A stretch of 57,267 nt of DNA from Candidatus Berkelbacteria bacterium (lineage in GTDB: Bacteria; Patescibacteriota; UBA1384; 2-12-FULL-50-11). The DNA is taken from assembly GCA_024654065.1 (NCBI GenBank), contig JANLIQ010000056.1:1-57267 (forward strand), given 5' to 3'. This document shows positions 19,369 to 28,133 of this stretch, piece after piece (positions within the stretch are counted from its first letter, which is position 1; each line of letters opens with the position of its first letter). Under the pieces are notes generated by a model. The model was not told the origin of the DNA. It did not search any database and worked only from the letters and a program-made list of their open reading frames with translations. A program made the translations under genes and the position numbers.

Positions 19369-20364
19369 TTGTTAGACAGAATACGAAAAAACATACATTC
19401 TATTACCGAAGTTGTCCGTAGTTTTCTCTCCCAAGTCACGAGTTTTATCTTGACTCTCGCCAGTGGCCTTTTTTCAGCTGTAAAATCTCTAAAATTTGTA
19501 AAGCGCTTTCCTAAGCGTCCTATTCGTTTTATTAAAAAATACTCGATGCAGATTAGCTTTGGGGTAGTTTTGGCGCTCTTTTTAACTGTTTCGGTTGGTG
19601 AGGGTCAAGCCTACCAGGTTGGAGCAGCCGATTTCTCGAGCGATATTGACTTACCAGCCGATGGCTTTTTAGGTAAGCCACAAATCTTAGGAACCCAAAC
19701 TATTTTAACTGGTGAGACCGAACAAGTAGCGATTATTAACTACACCGTTGAAAAGGGTGACAGTATTTCAGGTATCGCGAGCCGGTATAACCTAAGTGTT
19801 GGCTCACTTTTGGATGCCAACGGTCTTAAAGCCATTAGTGTGGTCAAGGCTGGTGACCAGCTTATCATCCCCGCTGAGGACACCAACCAATCTAATGACT
19901 GGATAGCTGAGATCAACGCCGAGAAGGCTCGTCAGCAAAAATTGGCCGAAGCCGCCCGTCAGAAACAGCTCGCCCAATCACGAAGTCGTATAACTACTAG
20001 GGGTCGCTCCACTGCCTCAATTAGCAGTAGTTACGAAATCATTGGCAAAGAATACGGTAGCTATAACGGTGGTTTACCAGGTTGGTGTACGTGGTGGGCA
20101 AACAAAATGCGCTCAGATTTACCAAATGGTATGGGTAACGCCCGTGACTATCTCCGCAATGCCCGGGCAGCAGGAATGGCAACGGGTTCTATAGCACGAC
20201 CAGGAGCAATATTTGTTAGCGGTGAGTCTGGCTGGGGCCATGTTGGTTACGTAGAATCTGTCAGTGGTGGCACAATGACCGTTACCGAGATGAACTACGT
20301 TGGTCGGTACGTCGTTAATCGCAGAACAACCTCAACCTCTATTGCCTGGGGTTTTATCTACTAG
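19369..20364 (+). CDS. LysM + CHAP domain peptidoglycan hydrolase
   Basis: LysM motif (YTVEKGDSISGIASRYNLSVGSLLDANGL), a Q/A-rich linker, and a CHAP Cys context (PGWCTWWANKMR) with GHVGYVESV. The tracked start is TTG; an alternative Met at 19543 precedes a signal-like helix. Confidence 0.8.
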   Translation: MLDRIRKNIHSITEVVRSFLSQVTSFILTLASGLFSAVKSLKFVKRFPKRPIRFIKKYSMQISFGVVLALFLTVSVGEGQAYQVGAADFSSDIDLPADGFLGKPQILGTQTILTGETEQVAIINYTVEKGDSISGIASRYNLSVGSLLDANGLKAISVVKAGDQLIIPAEDTNQSNDWIAEINAEKARQQKLAEAARQKQLAQSRSRITTRGRSTASISSSYEIIGKEYGSYNGGLPGWCTWWANKMRSDLPNGMGNARDYLRNARAAGMATGSIARPGAIFVSGESGWGHVGYVESVSGGTMTVTEMNYVGRYVVNRRTTSTSIAWGFIY

Positions 20365-20430
20365 ATACTCTTGATTTTATCTTGGGCATAGCTCAAGATA
20401 TGGAGGCATTTCATTGTCAGGAGGACAGAG

Positions 20431-20937
20431 ATGATGAATTTCGTACTTTCCATGTTCATTGTTCTGGTTTGCGCTAGACTGACCAGCGCCCAAACCACCA
20501 AGCTGGAGGTTGAGACGGCCTACAAACACCTGCTCGAGATCGCCAAGACCGCCGGTTATGACGGTCATGTGAATGAACGAGGCCAGCCATTGACCGGGTT
20601 GAAGAGTCGTCTTCAAACCAGCCTACTAGGGTCTGGACAAACTCTGGAGCAGGCGAAAGCTATTCAACAAATCCGGACCAACAATGTTCGGTCGGTTGCC
20701 GAAGGGTTCTATGAAATGACGCACGACAAGACCGGTCTAGTTCAAGAGCTCACTTTCGAGCCAATCAAAGTCACCCTTAATGGAGAGTTCGCGGCAATGG
20801 TTGAATCCAGCGTGCTATTCCCTCCCACTGACGACGGTTATCAGTTTGGCTTCAAATGGATCTGGCATCTAAGACGCGCCGGTACAGAATGGATGGCGTT
20901 TGACATCCATGAGACTCGGTTTTCAAAGCCGCCCTAA
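20431..20937 (+). CDS. Secreted hypothetical protein (GC-rich)
   Basis: 168-aa ORF with a signal peptide (FIVLVCARLTSAQT). I recognise no family motif. Its composition is GC-rich relative to the flanks. Confidence 0.45.
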   Translation: MMNFVLSMFIVLVCARLTSAQTTKLEVETAYKHLLEIAKTAGYDGHVNERGQPLTGLKSRLQTSLLGSGQTLEQAKAIQQIRTNNVRSVAEGFYEMTHDKTGLVQELTFEPIKVTLNGEFAAMVESSVLFPPTDDGYQFGFKWIWHLRRAGTEWMAFDIHETRFSKPP

Positions 20938-20974
20938 CATTGGTTCGGGGCGGCTAATCCTTTATAATGTGCTT

Positions 20975-21460
20975 ATGAGACGGGGATATTTGCGGAACTT
21001 TATTTTCGGCGCCGAGGACAGTTTGGTTTCTACCGTTGGGCTACTTTCCGGTGTGTCGTTTGCCGGTCTTACTAATCGCGAGATTATCTTAAGCGGCGTT
21101 ATTCTAATTTTAGTCGAGTCTATTTCGATGGGCGCGGGCGTTTATCTATCTGAAGATTCAGCAAACGACCTACCTCAAGAAGGTGAGCGCGACAATACCA
21201 TCGCTGACGCGACAATTATGCTAATTTCTTACCTCTTGATCGGATTGACTCCGTTGTTACCTTACGTATTTTCAGCTGATACTAAAATAGGATTTTACTA
21301 CTCAGTTGGATTTTCTCTTCTCTCTCTTTTCTGCCTTGGATTATTTAAAGGTTATGTGGTCGGAAAACACCCGGTTTATAGTGCAATTAAAGTCTTTATA
21401 GTGGGTGGTTTAGTTACTGCTATTGCCGTTAGTGTTGGCTTAATAATTAAAACCGTTTAG
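20975..21460 (+). CDS. VIT1/CCC1-family iron/manganese transporter
   Basis: The N-terminal FIFGAEDSLVSTVGLLSGV motif and 4-5 TM helices are characteristic of the VIT family. The start was moved to ATG 20975; the tracked 20900 start overlaps the preceding gene. Confidence 0.7.
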   Translation: MRRGYLRNFIFGAEDSLVSTVGLLSGVSFAGLTNREIILSGVILILVESISMGAGVYLSEDSANDLPQEGERDNTIADATIMLISYLLIGLTPLLPYVFSADTKIGFYYSVGFSLLSLFCLGLFKGYVVGKHPVYSAIKVFIVGGLVTAIAVSVGLIIKTV

Positions 21461-21468
21461 GTTAGCTG

Positions 21469-21542
21469 CGCCCCCGGCAGGATTCGGACCTGCGACCTAG
21501 CGGGTAGAAACCGCTCGCTCTAATCCACTGAGCTACAGGGGC
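21469..21542 (-). tRNA. tRNA-Arg (anticodon TCT)
   Basis: GCCCCTG/CGGGGGC acceptor stem (one G-U pair), anticodon arm AGCGG-TTTCTAC-CCGCT, T-arm GCAGG-TCCGAAT-CCTGC. Confidence 0.9.
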
Positions 21543-21611
21543 ATGAAGACTAAACGAAGTCTATCTTATTTTAGCTTGAAAATATAGGGTTTGTAAGGTA
21601 ATTTTAAGTTC

Positions 21612-22178
21612 ATGATAACTCGTGAAGAGGCATATAAGTTACTAACAGATAACGTAAAAAATAAAAATTTAATTCGTCATTGCTTGGCTGTGGAGGCCTC
21701 AATGAAGTCATTAGCTGCATATTTCAGCGCTAATGAAGAAGCTTGGGGAATTGCCGGTCTACTACACGATGCTGACTGGGAAGCTACTAAAGACACTCCC
21801 GAACAACATACTTTAGTCCTAGCGGATTGGTTAGAAGATTGGGATCTAGGAGATGAGGGAATCAAAGAAGCGATCCTTGCTCATAACCATTTCCATAACG
21901 GTCACGAACCACCCCAAACTCAATTTGAATGGTCGCTGTACTGTGCTGATGAATTAACAGGCTTAATTGTTGCTTGTGCGCTAGTTCAGCCAAACAAAAA
22001 CATCGGTACGGTTACCGTAGACTCTGTAATGCGTAAATTCCCAGAAAGCGCTTTTGCAGCAGGTGTCGATCGCTCCAAAATCCAGAACTGTGAAGCCGAA
22101 TTAAATATCGATTTAGAAAGTTTTATAGAAATTGTTCTTAAGGCAATGCAAGAGATTGCCGAAGATTTGGGGCTATAA
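21612..22178 (+). CDS. HD-domain phosphohydrolase
   Basis: Has H...HD (RHCLAVE...GLLHDADWE) and downstream His residues (ILAHNHFH), typical of small HD/HDIG hydrolases. Confidence 0.7.
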   Translation: MITREEAYKLLTDNVKNKNLIRHCLAVEASMKSLAAYFSANEEAWGIAGLLHDADWEATKDTPEQHTLVLADWLEDWDLGDEGIKEAILAHNHFHNGHEPPQTQFEWSLYCADELTGLIVACALVQPNKNIGTVTVDSVMRKFPESAFAAGVDRSKIQNCEAELNIDLESFIEIVLKAMQEIAEDLGL

Positions 22179-22212
22179 AAAACGGTGCGCAACCCACAAG
22201 GGACACGCACCG
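22177..22212 (-). terminator. Rho-independent terminator of the pyrF/PRTase operon
   Basis: Minus-strand CGGUGCG-(UGUCCCUUGUGGGUUG)-CGCACCG followed by a U-run (rc of the A-run at 22177-22182). Confidence 0.55.
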
Positions 22213-22272
22213 CGAACGTAGGATTCGGCGAATCTTGACCCTGGTCTCGGCACAATTCTTAGGAACCAGGAC

Positions 22273-22986
22273 TCACATCGGCTTCTGCTGCGAGGCTTCG
22301 AGTTTCGCCCAGTCGTCTTTGGGCTTCCAGACGACGTTGCCGTTTTTGATGTCTTCGGCCACTTCTGGGTCATCCTGTCTGTACTCCGGGATCGGTTTGC
22401 AAACCAGAGCCACCACCGGTAGCTGTTGGCCCGAGTCCGTTGTATACACAGTATCCACCTTCAGGGACCTGTTAAGGAAGCAGATGATCCCCACGACCTC
22501 AGCTCCGTAACTCTCTATCAGCCTGATAAGAGCGTAGGTAGTGCTGAAGTTATTGCAGACATCCTCCACAATCCACCATCGCTCTCCGGGACCCGGTTTG
22601 TGGCGGCCGAACACCATTTCAGAGATCTCTCTGGAGGTTTCGGTCGCCGCCACAAGCACCTTCGTGCCTGGATAGATGTAACGCTTTCGAGCGTGGGCAC
22701 CTAGTGCAAAAGCAAGAGCTTTCCCACCTTCGGGAGCTCCACAGTAGCCGTTGCAGTGGTCAGATACGTGCAAAGGCATTAGACCCCTTGCGATGTTGTT
22801 GACGTCATTGGGATATTCCTCAACAACCGCAAAGTTGATGTAGGTATCCCCAACGAACTGTCTCTTCTGTTCGTCTCGAGCGGTATAACCGACAAGCGGA
22901 TCGCACCGCTTACCGTCGAATTTCCGACAGTCGTAGTACCCACCTAGGGTCTGCACCCTCCGAAGGTGCTCATTCTCTTCGTACAT
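22273..22986 (-). CDS. Type I phosphoribosyltransferase, orotate-PRTase-like
   Basis: Has the PRPP-binding loop WWIVEDVCNNFSTT (hydrophobic-x-(D/E)D-hydrophobic-x-x-G/S-T-T). It lies 18 nt downstream of pyrF on the same strand. GC-rich. Confidence 0.6.
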   Translation of the reverse strand: MYEENEHLRRVQTLGGYYDCRKFDGKRCDPLVGYTARDEQKRQFVGDTYINFAVVEEYPNDVNNIARGLMPLHVSDHCNGYCGAPEGGKALAFALGAHARKRYIYPGTKVLVAATETSREISEMVFGRHKPGPGERWWIVEDVCNNFSTTYALIRLIESYGAEVVGIICFLNRSLKVDTVYTTDSGQQLPVVALVCKPIPEYRQDDPEVAEDIKNGNVVWKPKDDWAKLEASQQKPM

Positions 22987-23004
22987 GATTGCTTCCTCCT
23001 GCCC

Positions 23005-23805
23005 TTAGCCCAGGGCTGTGGCGATTTCATCCACAATCCGTTTGGCGGCATCGGCCCTTGTACCGGACTTGGGTTGAGTGATTGGTCTGCCGACGATCAG
23101 TACGTCAGAGCCGGCCTCGATTGCAACAGTTGGCGTTGTAGTTCGTTTCTGGTCGTTTGCGTCTCCGCCCGCAGGACGAATGCCCGGAGTGATGATCTTG
23201 AAATTCGGACCCACACGATTCCTGATAAGCGTGGTTTCTTGCGCCGAAGCCACAACCCCATCCAAACCACATTCCTTGGCCATTTGGGCGAGATGGCAGA
23301 CTAGGCTCGTCAGAAAGCTCGACTTATCAGTCCGTGAGTACTCGCAAATCGCATGAATAAACTCGGATGGAATCATGTCTAAGAGCTCGTCCGGACTGAT
23401 TGACGTCAGAACCGTTACCCCCAGAACCCAGGGTCGGGCCTCGAGATCAGGACATCCTATCGACACCCCCTCGACCGCTGACTTCATCATTGCTCTTCCG
23501 CCCAGACACATGACGTTAGTCATACTGACACCCGGCCAAGCAGCAGCGCTTGATACGCCATTCTTGACCGTTTCGGGAATGTCGATGATCTTGCCGTCCC
23601 AGAATGCCCAACACCCAGCGTCAAAGATGTGTCGAGTGAGCACTCCCGCGTCTTGCTTTTGAATCCGTTCGTGTCCAAGCTTGAAACCGCCTACAAGCGG
23701 GTACAAATCATCGACACACTGTCTCGCTTCGTCTGTGTCCATTCCATCTAGCGGAACACAAAGCCGATCTGTCAGCTTTAGTGATAGAATCCTCATCTTA
23801 GTCAC
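23005..23805 (-). CDS. pyrF: Orotidine-5'-phosphate decarboxylase
   Basis: Has the catalytic DxKxxD context FWDGKIIDIPETV, plus GGFKLG, VTVLTS, TPGIR and the C-terminal LIVGRPITQ motif. Confidence 0.8.
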   Translation of the reverse strand: MTKMRILSLKLTDRLCVPLDGMDTDEARQCVDDLYPLVGGFKLGHERIQKQDAGVLTRHIFDAGCWAFWDGKIIDIPETVKNGVSSAAAWPGVSMTNVMCLGGRAMMKSAVEGVSIGCPDLEARPWVLGVTVLTSISPDELLDMIPSEFIHAICEYSRTDKSSFLTSLVCHLAQMAKECGLDGVVASAQETTLIRNRVGPNFKIITPGIRPAGGDANDQKRTTTPTVAIEAGSDVLIVGRPITQPKSGTRADAAKRIVDEIATALG

Positions 23806-23918
23806 CTCGTATTAAAGAGCTAGCCTAAACCTTCAATCAAGAAAGTTTGACCCCTCCACTGCAAAGGATTGTATCAAAGAAGTGCTGGGTAATCCACCTT
23901 CTACGGTATGACTTCAAT

Positions 23919-25916
23919 CTATAACTTTATCCGCTTTAACTGTAGGGCGTTAACAACAACAATCACAGAAGACATTGCCATCAAGAAGGCTCCAACATCG
24001 GGTCTCAAAAATAGTCCCCACTTAGAAAATACTCCCGCAGCAGCGGGAATCGCTACAACGTTGTACCCAACCGCCCAAACCAAATTCTGAATCATTTTTG
24101 TGTAAACTTTCTTAGATAAAACTAAGAGTCTAGAAATATCTGCCGGATTATTCTTAATTAGGATTATGTCTCCCGCTTCAACTGTTACGTCCGTTCCTGC
24201 CCCTATCGCCACCCCCACATTGGCTTGAATCAAAGCCGGAGCGTCGTTAACGCCGTCGCCGACCATCATCACGGCCTCGCCTTTATCTTGGAGCTCTTTG
24301 ACTTTCTTGTATTTGTCTTCCGGCAGGACACTAGAAAAATAGGTGTCTATCCCGAGTTCCACCGCCACATACTTAGCCACCCCCTCGTTATCACCGGTGA
24401 TCATCGCCACCTTTACTCCGGCTTGATGTAAACAATCGACAGCTTCTTTGGACTCTGGACGGATTTTGTCGGCGACGGCGATTAAGCCCAATACCTCCTT
24501 GTTGCTTCGCAGTATCGCCACGGTTTTTCCTTGATCGGACAGTTCGGATAACTTTTTCTCCAACTCTCCGAGCTCGACACCATCTAAGATTTTTTCATTA
24601 CCGAGCCAAAACTGCTGACCGTCAATTCTACCAGTAACACCCTGACCAGCCAGATTTTTGAAGTCTTGGATCTGCTTAGAGGAAACCTTGCTTTCGCTGG
24701 CTTTCTCAAGCACGGCTCTGGCTAACGGATGTGAAGACCCGGCCTCCAACGCTGAGGCGATGGTCAGGAGCTTGTTTTCATCCTCCGCTACAATGTCGGT
24801 TACGGCCGGTTTTCCTTCTGTTAATGTGCCAGTTTTGTCAAAAGCGACAACACTAATATTGCGTGCCGCTTCAAGTTTCTTCAGAGACTTTAAGAAAATT
24901 CCATTCTTAAGAGCTAGCGAGGTAGCGGTGGTCGAAACTGTCGGAATAGCTAACCCCAGCGCGTGCGGGCAAGCGATAACCAACACTGTCACCGCTAAAG
25001 TCAAAGCAAAAGCAAAAGTCTGTCCTTCCACCAAAGTCCAAACTAGAACTGTCGCAATGGCTGTACCAAGCGCCACAAATGTCAAAAGCGAAGCTACCCG
25101 ATCGGCTAAATACTGTAGTTTGGGTTTGGTAGTCTGGGCGGTTTCAACCAATTGTTGAATATGTCCAACCGTTGAATCTAAGCCGACTTTTTCTAGTCTT
25201 ATTGTCAACGATCCATCTAGACAAATCGAACCGGCAATTACTTTGTCGCCAGCTTTTTTGCTGATTGGTTTGGATTCGCCCGTCACCAGCGCCTCATCCA
25301 TATTGGCCTGGCCGTCGATAATCACCCCATCGGCCGGTAGTTTTTCGCCGGGCTTAACAATGACCGTGTCTCCAGGCTTAATCTGCTCCAGCGGCACATC
25401 TTTGCTTTGACCGTCCACTAAAAGATGGACTTCTTTCGGCAACAATTTCGCCACTTCCTGCAGGGCGCTTCCGGCGGCGGCAGTCGATTTAGCTTCCAAA
25501 TAGTGACCAAACAGCAACACCCAAATTAGGGTCGAGATTTCCAGGAAAAATTCCATACCGCCAAAACTGGGGATGAACGTGGAAGCGACGGAGAATAGAA
25601 AGCCACTGGCGACCGCCAGCGACACTAGCGTCATCATACCGTAACTTTTGGCTTTAATTTCGTGCGTGGCGTGTTCAAAGAAAACTAAAGAGAAATAGAA
25701 AATTATCGTCGAGATAGCAAAACCAACATACTGTCGCCCCTCAAAATCCGGTGTCCCCAAGAATTTCACCCCAACATTACTAACGAGAAGAAGCGGAACC
25801 AGTAGAGCGGTAGCGTACCAAAACCGACGCAGAAACATCATCGCGTCGTCCATTGTCATCGCGTGATGACCGCCATGACTATGGTTATGTTCGGCGTGGT
25901 CGTGACAGTTGTCCAT
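23919..25916 (-). CDS. P1B-type heavy-metal (copper) ATPase, CopB-like (CPH motif, His-rich N-terminus)
   Basis: Has TGES, the transmembrane CPH motif (VIACPHALGLA), DKTGTLT, MITGDN and GDGVNDAP. The N-terminus is MDNCHDHAEHNHSHGGHH and there is no ferredoxin-like HMA domain. Confidence 0.9.
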   Translation of the reverse strand: MDNCHDHAEHNHSHGGHHAMTMDDAMMFLRRFWYATALLVPLLLVSNVGVKFLGTPDFEGRQYVGFAISTIIFYFSLVFFEHATHEIKAKSYGMMTLVSLAVASGFLFSVASTFIPSFGGMEFFLEISTLIWVLLFGHYLEAKSTAAAGSALQEVAKLLPKEVHLLVDGQSKDVPLEQIKPGDTVIVKPGEKLPADGVIIDGQANMDEALVTGESKPISKKAGDKVIAGSICLDGSLTIRLEKVGLDSTVGHIQQLVETAQTTKPKLQYLADRVASLLTFVALGTAIATVLVWTLVEGQTFAFALTLAVTVLVIACPHALGLAIPTVSTTATSLALKNGIFLKSLKKLEAARNISVVAFDKTGTLTEGKPAVTDIVAEDENKLLTIASALEAGSSHPLARAVLEKASESKVSSKQIQDFKNLAGQGVTGRIDGQQFWLGNEKILDGVELGELEKKLSELSDQGKTVAILRSNKEVLGLIAVADKIRPESKEAVDCLHQAGVKVAMITGDNEGVAKYVAVELGIDTYFSSVLPEDKYKKVKELQDKGEAVMMVGDGVNDAPALIQANVGVAIGAGTDVTVEAGDIILIKNNPADISRLLVLSKKVYTKMIQNLVWAVGYNVVAIPAAAGVFSKWGLFLRPDVGAFLMAMSSVIVVVNALQLKRIKL

Positions 25917-26752
25917 TATTCCCCATCCTTTAGACTAATTTTGAGCCGTTTGAAAATAATTACCAGGACGAACACCAGGACCAGCAGAGCGAGAATGGCA
26001 AATACCGGGTTTTCGTTGAGAAATTTTGAAATATTGCGACCGATCGTGAGCACGCCAACGGTAAACTCGCTTTCAACGGCGACATTAAGTCGACCATTTA
26101 AGACATTAATGCCCAGATATAGGCCGTACAGGATCATCACGGCGCCACCAAGCAGACTACCAACAGTCGTAACGCCGAGTGGTTTATTGAAGAACGCCCG
26201 AACCTTCATCAGTCCGGAGGTACTCATGAGCATGGCACCAAGTAGCAGCGGCAGGACCATGCCGGCCACATAACTCAAGCCCACAATGAGCGCCATGAAT
26301 GTACTTGGTGAAAGCGTGGTCAGGGCGATAGCCCCTAGCAGAACTGGGGCGCAACAAGCCGTTGCCAGGCCAGAAGTCACTCCCAGCAGAAAGAGCGAGC
26401 CGATCGTCGCTTTGCCCTTAAGTTCACTCGGCCGGATAAACATCGGCAGTTTGAATTGAAAAACCAGTAGCAGACCTAATAGAATCATTACGATCGCCCC
26501 AATGCCGTAAAAATACGGGTGGTAGTCGTTAAAAATGTTGATTAGTTCTCGAAATCCGAGCGCGATTGGCAACATCACCGCGGCAATCCCCAACGAGAAA
26601 ACCAATGTAGCCAACAAGACCCGAACCCGCGTTTGGACAATCTGCGCCAGGTATGTCGGCAGTAATACTGTCAGGCAACACGGCGCAAATAAGGCGATCG
26701 CACCGGAAACAAAGCCAACGACTATACTGGCACTCCAGAAAATAACGTCCAT
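25916..26752 (-). CDS. CcdA/DsbD_2-like polytopic membrane protein with two membrane-embedded Cys-Cys pairs
   Basis: About 8 TM helices with motifs APCCLTVLLP and ATACCAPVLL. Its stop overlaps the copB-like start by 1 nt (TAATG). Confidence 0.5.
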   Translation of the reverse strand: MDVIFWSASIVVGFVSGAIALFAPCCLTVLLPTYLAQIVQTRVRVLLATLVFSLGIAAVMLPIALGFRELINIFNDYHPYFYGIGAIVMILLGLLLVFQFKLPMFIRPSELKGKATIGSLFLLGVTSGLATACCAPVLLGAIALTTLSPSTFMALIVGLSYVAGMVLPLLLGAMLMSTSGLMKVRAFFNKPLGVTTVGSLLGGAVMILYGLYLGINVLNGRLNVAVESEFTVGVLTIGRNISKFLNENPVFAILALLVLVFVLVIIFKRLKISLKDGE

Positions 26753-27240
26753 TACTTGACGTTGGCCGATACCGTTAGTCGAATTTCTTTAGAATTATTT
26801 ATCTTGAAGGTGGAATAACGCTCGATCGGACCGTACACTGGCATTAAGGCCGGTTCGTAAGTAACTCCAATCTCGGCTGTTTCACCTGGAGCTAGATCGT
26901 GATTCCAGGCCCTTTCGGCGCTCGACATATGAGCGGGCATATTAAACATCGGTGAGGTTTCGCCGTTGATTTTAACTTCCGTCATCGTGCAGTTACAGCT
27001 AGTTTCAAATCTACTCAAATTCATTTTTTCGCTACTTGTATTTCTAAAAGTGAAATTAGCAGTTTTTTTATCGTCGACTGTCATTTCGCCCAAATTCATC
27101 TTTTCACTCGAAAGTTCGTAGGTACCGATAAGACTGTTTGTACTGACGGTATTTTCCTCCGAACCCTTAGACCCAACAAAGTATATAGCCAATATCGCGA
27201 CTAAGCTAAGTCCAATCACAGATAAAACAAATTTAGACAT
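26752..27240 (-). CDS. DUF1573-like secreted protein with CxC motif
   Basis: Signal/TM anchor followed by FTFRNTSSEKMNLSRFETSCNCT, the DUF1573 pattern (F.F.N.G...L.I..v..SCGCT). It overlaps the next gene by 1 nt. Confidence 0.55.
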   Translation of the reverse strand: MSKFVLSVIGLSLVAILAIYFVGSKGSEENTVSTNSLIGTYELSSEKMNLGEMTVDDKKTANFTFRNTSSEKMNLSRFETSCNCTMTEVKINGETSPMFNMPAHMSSAERAWNHDLAPGETAEIGVTYEPALMPVYGPIERYSTFKINNSKEIRLTVSANVK

Positions 27241-27248
27241 TTCCCTCC

Positions 27249-27530
27249 TTAAGACTTATTTGCTAAGCGACTAACTTTAATTATTTCTTCAATCATTTTT
27301 TTCTGTTTGCCCATCGAGCCGGATTCCACTCCCTCGGCAAAACAAGTGTGGAGATGGTCTTGCATTACTTGCTGATGGACAGATTTCAATAATCCAATAA
27401 CAGCAAGGTTCTGTTGCATAATATCTACACAGTATTGGTCTCCCTCCACCATGGAGGTAATTTTCTTCAGTAAACTCTCCGCCTTCTTGAGCCCTATCAA
27501 AATCTTTTGTTTGTCTTTTTCTATACCCAT
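27249..27530 (-). CDS. csoR: CsoR/RcnR-family metal-sensing transcriptional repressor
   Basis: 93 aa with a Cys...His...Cys ligand pattern (DQYCVDI ... QDHLHTC), characteristic of the CsoR (DUF156) four-helix repressor. It is the first gene of the copper operon. Confidence 0.8.
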   Translation of the reverse strand: MGIEKDKQKILIGLKKAESLLKKITSMVEGDQYCVDIMQQNLAVIGLLKSVHQQVMQDHLHTCFAEGVESGSMGKQKKMIEEIIKVSRLANKS

Positions 27531-27594
27531 AATGAGTAGCCTCCGTCTACGAATTAAGAAGTTGGATTATTATTATTTCTTCAACCAACTACTA

Positions 27595-27630
27595 TACCCC
27601 TACCTTAGGTGTAGGTAGTGGATTTGTCAA
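27595..27630 (-). promoter_or_regulatory. Putative promoter/operator of the csoR operon
   Basis: The minus strand reads TTGACA-17 nt-TAAGGT. Inverted repeat CTACCT-7nt-AGGTAG (27600-27618), embedded in ATACCCCTACC, overlaps the spacer and -10. CsoR operators are typically TACCC-containing pseudo-palindromes. Confidence 0.4.
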
Positions 27631-27638
27631 GCTTTACG

Positions 27639-27661
27639 AAAAAACCACCCGCAAAGGGTGG
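27639..27661 (-). terminator. Rho-independent terminator of ssrA
   Basis: Minus-strand CCACCC-UUUGC-GGGUGG followed by U6, starting 9 nt after the tmRNA CCA end. Confidence 0.7.
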
Positions 27662-27669
27662 AATTCTCG

Positions 27670-28058
27670 TGGTGGAGCTGGCGAGAGTCGAACTCGCGTC
27701 CGAAAACAAACGAACCAAATCTTCTACAAGCTTAGACAGTTTACTTTTCTTAGATGGCTGGAATAGAAACAGACAAAATTTCCAGTCATAGCATCATCTT
27801 AATCTTGTGAATGGGCCGATGAGAACCCAAACGCTACCCTACGATTATGACGCTTCGCTGTTTTAGTAGAGATCAAACAGGGAAACGGTACTGGTGTTTA
27901 GGCCAATACTGGTTGAGCGACGAAGCTACCAAACGCGTTTGCTACAGTAGCTTTGACTTTGCTCATAACGTTTGCACGTATTTTTTTGTACTCTAAGGCA
28001 GGTACTCTCCGCTTGCAAATTTGGTTGTTAAAGTTCCCGTCGAAGCCATTACAGCCCC
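27670..28058 (-). ncRNA. ssrA: tmRNA (SsrA), tag reading frame 27898-27975
   Basis: The 5' end GGGGCUGUAAUGGCUUCGACGGG pairs with the 3' end ...GGACGCGAGUUCGACUCUCGCCAGCUCCACCA (tRNA-Ala-like acceptor and T-arm). An A-rich run then GCA AAC at nt 84 resembles the E. coli resume context. The tag ORF encodes ANVMSKVKATVANAFGSFVAQPVLA-stop. Confidence 0.85.
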
Positions 28059-28066
28059 ATGCGGAT

Positions 28067-28095
28067 ACAGTAGCATTAAACAGATAAGAAGTCAA
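28067..28095 (-). promoter_or_regulatory. Putative sigma-70-type promoter of ssrA
   Basis: Minus-strand TTGACT-17 nt-TACTGT, ending 8 nt before the tmRNA 5' G. Confidence 0.35.
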
Positions 28096-28133
28096 TCAAT
28101 ATGGGTAAAGATTTGGCCGCCCGAAGGCGGCCG

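Noticed and set aside
21469-28058. Copper operon plus pyrEF as a genomic island integrated at the tmRNA 3' end or at tRNA-Arg. Likewise the purSL-purQ unit as an island at tRNA-Glu.
   Set aside because: I found no integrase gene. By eye I also found no direct repeat of the tmRNA, tRNA-Arg or tRNA-Glu 3' ends at the far borders. Only composition and position hint at acquisition. A computed repeat search is needed before calling an island.
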